From: Phycisphaerales bacterium
GTDB taxonomy: Bacteria; Planctomycetota; Phycisphaerae; Phycisphaerales; SM1A02
DNA: 64,000 nt
Assembly (NCBI GenBank): GCA_029268515.1
Contig: JAQWNP010000010.1
Coordinates: forward strand, 218,330 to 282,329
Direction of reading: 5' to 3'
The translations under genes and the position numbers were made by a program. Positions 1 to 9,000 of this stretch are shown here, piece by piece (positions within the stretch are counted from its first letter, which is position 1; each line of letters begins with the position of its first letter). A model generated the notes under the pieces. It was not told the DNA's origin. It made no database searches and saw nothing but the letters and a program-made list of their open reading frames with translations.

Positions 1-2847
1 GATGGTGGGCTGCGAGGCGAGATCAATAACCAAATTGCTGCTGGCAACGTTGATGGCTCGAATTTTGCGTTTCCAGGCTATCTGGATTGGCTAGACACCA
101 TTGGCTTTGACGGTGAAGGCGTCATTATGGCCAATGTTGATAGTGGTGTGGATCAGAATCATCCAGACCTTGCCGGACGTTTCTTGTCATGTGTCGGTGA
201 TACTTGCGGCGGAAGTGCCTGTGGTGATCATGGCACACATACCGCTGGAGCGATGGGTGGTACTGGTGCCTCTGGAACCAATGCTGGTGGTTTCTTGCGA
301 TCCTTAGGTATGGCTCCTGGCGCAGACATGATCGAGCAGGTCTATAGCCCAACCTTCACGCAAACTGGTGGCATGTTCAAGCTGATCAAAGAATCAAATG
401 ACAATGATGCAGTTCTTTCGAGTAACAGCTGGGGACCTTCGGGCTCTCCACAGGGTTACGACAGTGACACGATGCAGGTGGACCAAGGCGCCTTGGATGC
501 CGATCCGAATGCGTCAGGCAATCAGGCTTTTCTCTATGTGCTTGCATTTATGAACGGTAATGGAGGAACCAGCTCACAAGGTTCACCCGACGAAGCAAAG
601 AATATCTTCACGATCGGTTCAACAAAGGTATTGCAAGGCGGATCACAAACGCCAAACATCAACGACCTTTCTAGTAACACAGCTCACGGACCAGCACTCG
701 ATGGCCGCCAGCTTCCACACATGGTCACTGGTGGTTGTTCAACAGATGGCCCAACATGTAGTGGTGGTTACTCCAACGGTTATTGTGGAACAAGCATGGC
801 GTGCCCCAACGCTGCAGGTGCCTGTGCACTCTTCTTTCAGTATTACCGAAGTCTAGGGCTTGATAATGCCGTGCCATCACCAGCAATGGTGAAAGCCGCG
901 ATTTGCGCTGTCGCACATGACCTTGACGGGAATGATGATGCTGATGGTAATACGCTAGATCACCGACCAGACAATAAGCAAGGTTATGGCCGGCTTAATG
1001 TGCCAGCGGCACTTCTTCAGCCCGCTGATTCTGTTCGCTACTACGATGAGCCCGTGGTCTTTGATAACTCAGGTGAGTCCTGGGAAGTCACTGTGACACC
1101 GCTGGATCCAAACCAGCCGATGCGCATTATGCTTGCCTGGTCTGACGCGGTTGGGCACGGTTTAGGTGGTTCAACGCCAGCCTGGAACAATGATCTGGAC
1201 CTCGTTGTTGTTGCTGGTTCTTCAACTTACCGCGGCAACCAGATTGGCGGTAGCGGTTGGTCCACACCAAGTAGTTCAAGTGACAGTATCAATAATATGG
1301 AAGGTGTTTACTTAGGACCAAATGCACCTGCGTCAGCGACGATCCGCGTCGATGCAACAAATATCAACTCCGATGCAATCCTCAATTCAGGTGATACAAC
1401 CGATCAGAGCTTTGCATTGGCATGTTACAACTGTGCTGCTGAACCCGGCTTCTCCATTGCAGTCGCACCAAGCTCATCAAGTATCTGTGGTGCGGACACG
1501 AGCGAAGTTGTCTTGAGTGTTGAGGTTGGTTCAGTGCTTGGGTTCTCTGATCCCGTGGCACTGGCAGTAACCGGTGTTCCATCTGGCGCATCTGCCTCGT
1601 TCTCAGACAACCCAGCAACGCCTGGATCAACTTTGAGTCTTACGATTTCTGGACTCAATAGCGTTGCCTCAGGTAGCTACAGCCTCAGCGTCGATGGTGT
1701 GAGTAATGCCATCGTGAAATCGGCAAGTGCTTCATTACAAGTGGAAGCCAGTATACCTAGCGCCGTTGCCTTGCTCTCGCCTTCTGATGGGGAGAGTAGC
1801 GTGTCTGTGGCTCCAAGTTTGACGTGGAGTGCAGAGGCGAGCGCATCCAACTATGACGTGCAGGTATCAGGAAACAGTAGCTTCTCTACACTCCTATTCT
1901 CAGCGACTGTGGAGGAGACTGAGGCCACTGTATTGCCAGCGTTAGAATCGAGTACACGTTATTTCTGGCGCGTCCGCGGTTCCAATGCATGTGGTACGGG
2001 CAGCTGGTCTACAGTCAATGATTTCCACACAGCAGAATTACCTGCAGTCCTCGTCGTCGATGATGATGACAACGACCCAGATGTTCAGAGCTATTACACC
2101 AATGCCCTTGATGCAATGGGAGCAAGCTATGACAAGTGGGATACCGGAAACACAGACAATGAACCCTCTGCATCAGAGTTAGCAGGGTACGACCTAGTCA
2201 TCTGGTTTACGGGTGCTGAGTTCGGTGGCTTTGCCGGACCTGACGCTGCGTCAGAGTCTGAGTTGATGTCCTATCTTGATTCAGGCGGCTGTTTGTTCAT
2301 TAGTTCTCAGGACTACATGTGGGATCGTGGTGGTGATACATCGAATCCTTCTCCAACCACGCTCATGTCTGATTACTTAGGCGTTTCTACTGCAACCAAT
2401 GATGTCAGCCAAAGCAGCGTGACCGGAGCAAACCTGTTCGATGACGCCGGCACGATGACACTGGATTTCCCCTTCAGCAATTGGAGTGATGTGGTAGATC
2501 CAAGCGGTTCTGCAGCACTCGGTTTTTCGGGTAGTGCAGGCAATGCAGCAACGTATATATCCAATGAGACGTTCACTGGTGCATATCTCGGATTCCCATT
2601 AGAAGCACTCGATGATGTTCAAGATCGCATCAATGTCTTACAGGTCATGTTTGACCTCTGTGAGAATGGCGCTGAGCCTTGCCCTGCAGACTTTGATTTA
2701 GATGGTCAGGTCAACATTGGCGATTTCTCACTGTTCCTTGTTGCCTTTGGCGGCAGCGATCCAATGTTCGATCTGGATGGTGATGGTCAGGTGGGCCTTG
2801 GCGATTTCTCTGAGTTCCTCGTGAGTTTTGGAATAGCCTGCCCTTAG
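1..2847 (+). CDS. Secreted subtilisin-like (S8) serine protease, 5'-truncated by the window edge. The C-terminus carries an unknown ~270-aa module plus a dockerin/EF-hand-like double repeat.
   Basis: Frame 1 is open from nt 1; the listed ORF begins at internal Met 127. Catalytic motifs occur in order: VIMANVDSGVD (Asp), HGTHTAG (His), GTSMACP (Ser). C-terminal sequence is CPADFDLDGQVNIGDFSLFLVAFGGSDPMFDLDGDGQVGLGDFSEFLVSFGIACP. Confidence 0.9.
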   Translation, partial: DGGLRGEINNQIAAGNVDGSNFAFPGYLDWLDTIGFDGEGVIMANVDSGVDQNHPDLAGRFLSCVGDTCGGSACGDHGTHTAGAMGGTGASGTNAGGFLRSLGMAPGADMIEQVYSPTFTQTGGMFKLIKESNDNDAVLSSNSWGPSGSPQGYDSDTMQVDQGALDADPNASGNQAFLYVLAFMNGNGGTSSQGSPDEAKNIFTIGSTKVLQGGSQTPNINDLSSNTAHGPALDGRQLPHMVTGGCSTDGPTCSGGYSNGYCGTSMACPNAAGACALFFQYYRSLGLDNAVPSPAMVKAAICAVAHDLDGNDDADGNTLDHRPDNKQGYGRLNVPAALLQPADSVRYYDEPVVFDNSGESWEVTVTPLDPNQPMRIMLAWSDAVGHGLGGSTPAWNNDLDLVVVAGSSTYRGNQIGGSGWSTPSSSSDSINNMEGVYLGPNAPASATIRVDATNINSDAILNSGDTTDQSFALACYNCAAEPGFSIAVAPSSSSICGADTSEVVLSVEVGSVLGFSDPVALAVTGVPSGASASFSDNPATPGSTLSLTISGLNSVASGSYSLSVDGVSNAIVKSASASLQVEASIPSAVALLSPSDGESSVSVAPSLTWSAEASASNYDVQVSGNSSFSTLLFSATVEETEATVLPALESSTRYFWRVRGSNACGTGSWSTVNDFHTAELPAVLVVDDDDNDPDVQSYYTNALDAMGASYDKWDTGNTDNEPSASELAGYDLVIWFTGAEFGGFAGPDAASESELMSYLDSGGCLFISSQDYMWDRGGDTSNPSPTTLMSDYLGVSTATNDVSQSSVTGANLFDDAGTMTLDFPFSNWSDVVDPSGSAALGFSGSAGNAATYISNETFTGAYLGFPLEALDDVQDRINVLQVMFDLCENGAEPCPADFDLDGQVNIGDFSLFLVAFGGSDPMFDLDGDGQVGLGDFSEFLVSFGIACP

Positions 2848-2896
2848 TCGTTGCTGCGACAGTTCGGTACTGGTTGATCTCATTCTTTGATGAAAT

Positions 2897-2930
2897 AGCA
2901 CGGTGGCATAAGCCGCCGTGCTTTATTTTT
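2897..2930 (+). terminator. Rho-independent terminator after the protease gene
   Basis: Hairpin AGCACGGTGGC-ATAA-GCCGCCGTGCT followed by TTTATTTTT, about 50 nt after the stop codon. Coordinates are approximate. Confidence 0.6.
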
Positions 2931-2948
2931 GGAGCGTTGATGCTGTTT

Positions 2949-2986
2949 CAAAAAATAAGGAAGGCCCGCATGAATACGAGCCTTCC
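2949..2986 (-). terminator. Rho-independent terminator for the minus-strand gene 3033..3755
   Basis: On the minus strand, GGAAGGC-(14 nt)-GCCTTCC is followed by TTATTTTTTG, about 45 nt after the stop codon. Confidence 0.55.
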
Positions 2987-3032
2987 CCCACCAACAAATG
3001 CTGTGGTTACAGTGCTTAGGTAATCTTTCTTA

Positions 3033-3755
3033 CTAAGCTGCGGCTGACTGATTGCAGTTCTTACCAACCGTACGTTGATCTGTCGTGGCTCGTCGTTCCG
3101 GCTCTGCAGCGAGGCGAACGAGAAGACTGACAGGATCCTTTGCCCAAAGGTCGGCGCCAATTTCTGCAGCCAGACCTTCAGCACGGTTGAAGACGCCACC
3201 ACCGACCACGATCTGCAAGTTTGGACAGGTTGCAATCTCGCGTACCGTATCGATGACCTCGCGAATGCCTGGAGCATCCTGCGCGGAAGAGCCAAACATC
3301 ATCAGAATGTCTGGGCGATGTGATCCAACTTCAGCAATGATCTCGTCACGAGCGATTCCACCACCGCCGTAATAGACCTCGTAGCCATCTGCTTCTGCTA
3401 AATCTGCCATCATCTGTCCAGCCAATTCTTCAGCCTCACTTGGGCCAGAGAACATGAGCATTTTGCGGCCGCGTCTCTCTTTGATTTCATAACTTAGTTG
3501 TGCTCGGTCAACTAAGCCACGCATGAGACGTGTTGAGTAGTGATATGCCAGTTTGGTGAGTTGATCTGCTCTGTACATTGTCTGGATCATCTCAAGCAGT
3601 GGCCAGTAGGTCTCTTTTGTGAGATCTTCGGCTACATACGACTCGCATTGCTCCTCTTCAAAGAGACTTCTCACGCCACCTCGATCACCTGCGATCAGCA
3701 AAGGAAAGAGTCTTTCTATCATCATTTCATGATTCACTTTGATGCTCCTCATCAT
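3033..3755 (-). CDS. Cobalamin (B12)-binding-domain-like protein lacking the canonical His ligand motif
   Basis: The C-terminal half follows the B12-binding Rossmann pattern (KMLMFSG...RPDILMMFGSS...NLQIVVGGGVF...AAEIGADLWAKDP) after a helical cap. GPSEAEELAG sits where DxHxxG is expected. Confidence 0.55.
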   Translation of the reverse strand: MMRSIKVNHEMMIERLFPLLIAGDRGGVRSLFEEEQCESYVAEDLTKETYWPLLEMIQTMYRADQLTKLAYHYSTRLMRGLVDRAQLSYEIKERRGRKMLMFSGPSEAEELAGQMMADLAEADGYEVYYGGGGIARDEIIAEVGSHRPDILMMFGSSAQDAPGIREVIDTVREIATCPNLQIVVGGGVFNRAEGLAAEIGADLWAKDPVSLLVRLAAEPERRATTDQRTVGKNCNQSAAA

Positions 3756-3900
3756 CTTGCCTTCAGTTCCGACCGAAGGTTACACCTGGTCTTGAGACCC
3801 GCTTCATCGAGCAAGGCTGGGGTGATGCTGAAGAAACAGCGAAGGCCATAAAAAACATGGCTATCGGACCTTAATGAGGTCCTGAATGGAGATGAATGAG

Positions 3901-3938
3901 CAAAAAGTGCGCGAGGCTGCTCAAAGAACAGCCTCGCG
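3901..3938 (-). terminator. Rho-independent terminator for the cupredoxin gene
   Basis: On the minus strand, stem CGCGAGGCTG / CAGCCTCGCG with a 9-nt loop is followed by ACTTTTTG, about 35 nt after the stop at 3974. Confidence 0.55.
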
Positions 3939-3973
3939 GGAAAGCACTTTCGGAATATCGGTCCTGCTCGGTC

Positions 3974-4978
3974 TTACCGATCTGTTGAGCTCAGGGAGCT
4001 TTTTTTGCTGGGCTGCTTACCAGTTGGCTTGATTTCAATGATCTGACTTCGTCTGGAGCAGTCATTTCCATAGTTGATCAGAAACAGACTGAAATCTCCC
4101 AGATCGACCAAGCCACTACCATCCATATCGATGCTTTCATTGGCTGTGCCGAAGGCGACAAGGAAAAGCGAGAAGTCACTGAGGCCGACGATGAGGTCTT
4201 CATCAAAGTCACCTGGACACGCTGTTGGGCAGCTTGTTGTCCCGTCATTGACTTCACCCGTACTTGGATCGATCGTCCACCAAATATTGCCGAGGCCCTG
4301 GCCAGCAGCAGTTGCTGCTGAGTTATCGTTGCGGAATTGATAGATGGGGCGCGGTCCAATGCATGTTTCCACGATGACGTGGCCACTGGCATTGACATAG
4401 TGGGTGACTTCTACGCCTGCGCCAATATTGCCTAGCTCATCAGCAGTCACGAGCGGCCAAGCAGTGCCGTTGTAGCCAGGGTTTTCGTCATTGTCATTGC
4501 CCCACACATAAACAGTGCGTTGGTCGCTGGTGGCATCACCACCTTGCACGGCACCGGAGGTCGCACCAGCGATTTGAAGAACATCCGAGCCGTTGATAGT
4601 CGCCAGATGACTGGTTGCGATATCAGGTGTCTGAATCAAAATTAAGCCTTCCATACCAAAGCCACAATGTGGTTCGCAGAAGTAAGGAATATCGCTGGCC
4701 GCATCATTTGGAACAAGCCATGTGAATTCAGAATTGGAAGCGGAAATTACTTCGTCAAAATAAAGGCCATCAGAGATGCAGTTCGTTCCAGAGGTAATGA
4801 TGTGATTGCCACTGACGTGGTTCCATATGATCGAATCACCTGGAGCCACGACAATGGTGCTCGGTGAAAATGAAAGTTGATTGACATCAACGTGATGGGT
4901 GGTCTGGGCGTTCGCGTTCACAGAAAGTGAAAGAACACTGCAGCTGGCGATTGTTCTTAGTGCTGTAGAAAGACGCAT
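3974..4978 (-). CDS. Secreted type-1 copper (cupredoxin/plastocyanin-like) protein with a dockerin-like C-terminal module and a basic tail
   Basis: Signal peptide MRLSTALRTIASCSVLSLSVNANA. Cu-ligand pattern: WNHVSGNH upstream, then CEPHCGFGM (Cys-x2-His-x4-Met). C-terminal module CPGDFDEDLIVGLSDFSLFLVAFGTANESIDMDGSGLVDLGDFSLFLINYGNDC. Confidence 0.8.
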   Translation of the reverse strand: MRLSTALRTIASCSVLSLSVNANAQTTHHVDVNQLSFSPSTIVVAPGDSIIWNHVSGNHIITSGTNCISDGLYFDEVISASNSEFTWLVPNDAASDIPYFCEPHCGFGMEGLILIQTPDIATSHLATINGSDVLQIAGATSGAVQGGDATSDQRTVYVWGNDNDENPGYNGTAWPLVTADELGNIGAGVEVTHYVNASGHVIVETCIGPRPIYQFRNDNSAATAAGQGLGNIWWTIDPSTGEVNDGTTSCPTACPGDFDEDLIVGLSDFSLFLVAFGTANESIDMDGSGLVDLGDFSLFLINYGNDCSRRSQIIEIKPTGKQPSKKSSLSSTDR

Positions 4979-5208
4979 TTATATTTATTCCTTTTTCCTG
5001 CCCTCTATTTGTGGCAGACTTCAATGGCCTGCTTCTCTTACAAATGTCTTGTTTAGGCCCTTTTCTTGCGGGTATCCAGAGAAATAGTGGGAGATTTAAA
5101 AGTGCGATTCTTTGTTTCGGTTCGGTGTAGGGGTGACAAAGTCCAATCTGGATGCCAGAATGGCCGAGCTCAAATTTCAGTTGACTCACTAAAACACAAG
5201 GAATTGAT

Positions 5209-5922
5209 ATGAAAAAGCAGACTTTGATCTGTTCAGCAATGGGTATTGGGTTGTTGTTTATGTTGGCGTTTGCAGCAAATCAAGACGCGGATACGGCGGC
5301 TGATACGTTGCCTGAGAATGAACAGACTTGGACCGGTGATTCTTGGCCACTCAAAACATGTCCAGTTTCTAAACGAGAAATTGTGAATCCAAAGACCGGC
5401 ACTTATGACGGCCGTGAAGTGCGGTTTTGTTGTGGTGGTTGCAAGAGCAAATTTGAAAAAGACCCGGCGACCTATCTGGGCCCAGCTGACGAAGAGATCA
5501 TGGAGATCTATCGTCCTTCTTATCCAATGAAGACATGTATTGTCATGCATGAGGAGCCGCTGCCAACTGATGCGGAAGAGTTTACTGATGTTGTATACCG
5601 CAATCGGCTTGTGCGTTTATGTTGTGCAAGATGTGAAAAGAAATTCAACAAAGAACCCCTAAAGTACGTGATGGCTCTAAATCAGAAGATCATTGAGCAA
5701 CAAGGTCCTGACTACCCCCTAACGACTTGTGTGATATCAAACAAGAAGCTTGATTCAATGGGGCCAATGGTTGACTATGTCTGGGAGAATCAACTTGTTC
5801 GCTTCTGCTGCGCACCCTGCATTGAGCGTTTTAATGAGGATCCTCAGAAGTACATGAAAAAGATCATGTCAGCTTATGAAGCGAAAGAAAAGACTGGCGA
5901 TGAGACCGCTTCAGGCAACTGA
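5209..5922 (+). CDS. Secreted protein with three tandem YHS/TRASH-like Cys-rich metal-binding repeats
   Basis: Signal peptide, then three repeats of C-x22-27-CC-x2-C-x3-F-x3-P-x2-Y: ...FCCGGCKSKFEKDPATY, ...LCCARCEKKFNKEPLKY, ...FCCAPCIERFNEDPQKY. AGGA lies upstream of the ATG. Confidence 0.65.
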   Translation: MKKQTLICSAMGIGLLFMLAFAANQDADTAADTLPENEQTWTGDSWPLKTCPVSKREIVNPKTGTYDGREVRFCCGGCKSKFEKDPATYLGPADEEIMEIYRPSYPMKTCIVMHEEPLPTDAEEFTDVVYRNRLVRLCCARCEKKFNKEPLKYVMALNQKIIEQQGPDYPLTTCVISNKKLDSMGPMVDYVWENQLVRFCCAPCIERFNEDPQKYMKKIMSAYEAKEKTGDETASGN

Positions 5923-5944
5923 ATCGAAGAGAAGTGCCAAGAAA

Positions 5945-5987
5945 TAAAAACCGCGGCGTCGCCATGAGGCGAGCCGCGGTTTTTTTA
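5945..5987. terminator. Bidirectional hairpin terminator between convergent genes
   Basis: AAAAA-CCGCGGCGTCGCC-ATGA-GGCGAGCCGCGG-TTTTTTT. An A-run and a T-run flank a long GC-rich stem. Confidence 0.7.
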
Positions 5988-6004
5988 TCAGAGATATTGG
6001 CTGC

Positions 6005-9000
6005 TTATGGGCTGCAGGTTATTCCAAATTGGACTAAGAAGACTGAGAAGTCACCGAGACCAACGCTTCCGTCATCGTCCAAGTCGAAAGTTGGATCGGA
6101 GCCTCCGAAAGCAACGAGGAACAAAGAGAAGTCGGATATACCAACCGTCAGATCTCCATCAAAGTCGCCAACACAATCATTGGGTTGTGTTGTTCCACAT
6201 TGATCAATGACGACTTGAAGAATATCAATTCGATCTTGTAGCTCAGAGACTGCTTCAAGAGGAAATCCCATATACACAGCAGTAAAATTACTACCAGTTT
6301 GATTGGTTGCCACATTGGAGCCATTGCTTACAAAGGAAGCCTCTCCATTGGCACTAGGCTCAAGTGTGTCGACATAGTTGCTAAAAGGTACATCGAGCGA
6401 ATAGTCACTCGTTCCCAGAACCTCATAGAGTGAGCCATTGGGCGTCACTGAAGTTTGACCCGTATCGTTACTGCCAGCGGACACGCCGAGGTAGTTTTGC
6501 ATCAAACTTGTGGGGGTTGGACTAGAACTTGAACCACCACGATCCCAAAGATAATCCTGACTTGAGATCAATAAGCAGTTACCCGCGTCCAGGAATGCTC
6601 CTAAAGCAGCTTCACCATCAGGTCCAGGCCCCGCGAAACCACCGAACTCTGCGCCTGTAAACCAAATGACAGTTTTGTAGCCAAGCAATTCAGAACTGGT
6701 TGGCTCATCATCTGAATTGTTTGTATTCCAGATGTCATATGAGACACCCATCGCATCCAGCGCATTGGTGTAGTAACTCTGGACATCTGGATTATTGTCA
6801 TCATCATCCACTAATAAGACGCCAGCTGATCCAACTGTGATAGATATTTCTGCATCACCAGAGTTCGTGGCTCCTTCTCTTACGCTGAAGGTGAACGTAT
6901 CGGTGCCTGAATATTGTGGGTTTGGTGGTTGGTATGTCACCGCATTTGAAACAAGTTCATATGGGACGGTGTTAATCGAGGTGCCTTTGCTCGACAGGCT
7001 GCCATCGATAGGCAGTGTTGTAATGATGTAGTCTAAGTTGCCGCCAGAACCAGTAGCGCCAGTCAGTGCGATCTGTAGTGCAGTTCCTTGCTCAGTGGAG
7101 AGGGTTTGGTCGAATGCAGAGGGTGGACAATTCGTACCAGACGCCGCCACCTTAAGTGTCCAGCTATTGAGTGTTCCTTGATCTGCAGACGCCGAATCGC
7201 TGATTCGCAATATCCAGTTGCCAGCAGATGATTCGCCATTGAAGTCAGCCAGCGTGCCGGGTCCTTGAGGCGGATTCGAATCGTCATCGTATGTGGTTTG
7301 AATATTGTCAGCATCACCACCAGCCCCATCGTGAAGCGTCACCAGCGTTCCTTCAGGACTTTCAAGTTGTACGGTGAGATCACCTATCCATGAGTGGTTG
7401 ATATCAACTTCCAAGTCTACGTCACCGATACAGTAAGCATCTGCAACAACCAGCACGCTCTCAAACGTCTGATTGTCTTCAATCGGGAGCGGTGTGTCAC
7501 TTGAGGCATAACTGAATCGTCCAACATCAAGTTTCACAGTACGTGTCGCCAGCGTTACGCCAGCCGTCGTGTCGGCGAAGGAGACACTCGACTCGGCCAG
7601 ACCGTTTGGTAAGCCATTGGCGTCTGCCCCAATACCAATAGTGACGGTTTGGGTATCACCGATGCCAGAAAGTGTAAAAGTGGTGGGGGAAGAGGAACCG
7701 TTCATGGTGACCCATGAATCGTCGGCCTGAACGCTTACGTTGACTGGTGTGGGCCGTGTGCTCGTAAGCACGTAGTCCAGCGTGGTTGTAAACGGTCCGC
7801 CTATTGGGCCGCCGACGACAAGATCTGTTCCTGGTGCTGTATCAAAGCCAGTTGTTCCAATTTCGAGAACATGCTGACGTGTTTGAATGAGATTTGAGGT
7901 GATATCTTCAAACACGACGGTCGCGGTGTGTGTCCCATTGCCGAGCGAGGCAGCACTGCGTGATAGCGCCGCTTGCAGGTCGAGAGAACCACCAGCACTC
8001 AGCGTCCCAGACAATGGCCTTGTCGAACCATTAATGGTCATCATGTTGTTGGTTTGGTCGAGTCGTACTTCGTAAGCCAACGCGTCACTTGTGGCATTAG
8101 ATAGCGTGTAGGTCGTTGGATCATTTGTAAAGACGGTGTCACCGGACTGGCCGAGATGAAGCACATTTGTGTTTGGTGTCACACTGATACCCAGCTCAGG
8201 TTTTAGTATGAATAGCCCTCGTTCAATATCACTGCAAATGACATTGCCGCTGGGAAGGAACGGGTGGTTGCTCCACATGCCGTTGAAATTAGCACTGTCG
8301 TCATCTGGATACGTATCGAAGTATGCCACCTCGGTTGGATTCAGAGGGTCAGATGCATCGAAGATGCGAAGGCCACTGCGATAATTGGCTTGATAGATAA
8401 AGGTGTCATCGCAGTAGAGATTGTGATCAATAGCACTGTTCGTTGATTGAATCGAGCCCACCTCAGAGAGATTGGTCAAATCACTCATGTCAACGATTCT
8501 AGTCTTCGTTGCATGGTTATTGTTTTGTTCGTCTAACTCATCACCGTGGTAATAGTACTGCTTGTCTGGTGAGCACCATCCTTGATGGGAGTAACCCGGA
8601 GAACTGTATTCATAGTGGGTCAGTACGACGATGTTGCTCTTGTCGGTAACATCAACCATCGAAATACCGGTTGAAGAAAAACCACCATTGAAACCTGCAG
8701 AGCAAACGGCAATCTCTCGGCCTGCATAAGGACCAGATTCCATCACAAAAATCTGAGCATCATGAACGTATTTGTCATTCCACTCGGCAACAAAGACTGG
8801 CGAAGATGGGTCTGCAAGACTATAGATTCGCAGGCCATTGCTGGAGCCGCCGCAGCGATAAAGAAAACCCGTTTCGACACAAAGTGCCACGTTATGAGTC
8901 GCTTCAGTGCCGCCTTCGAGCACGGTATCGACGAGCGTAACATTACCGTTGCCAATGTCTGAGAGGTCCGCGATTTGAATGCCATTGCCGCACTCACTAA

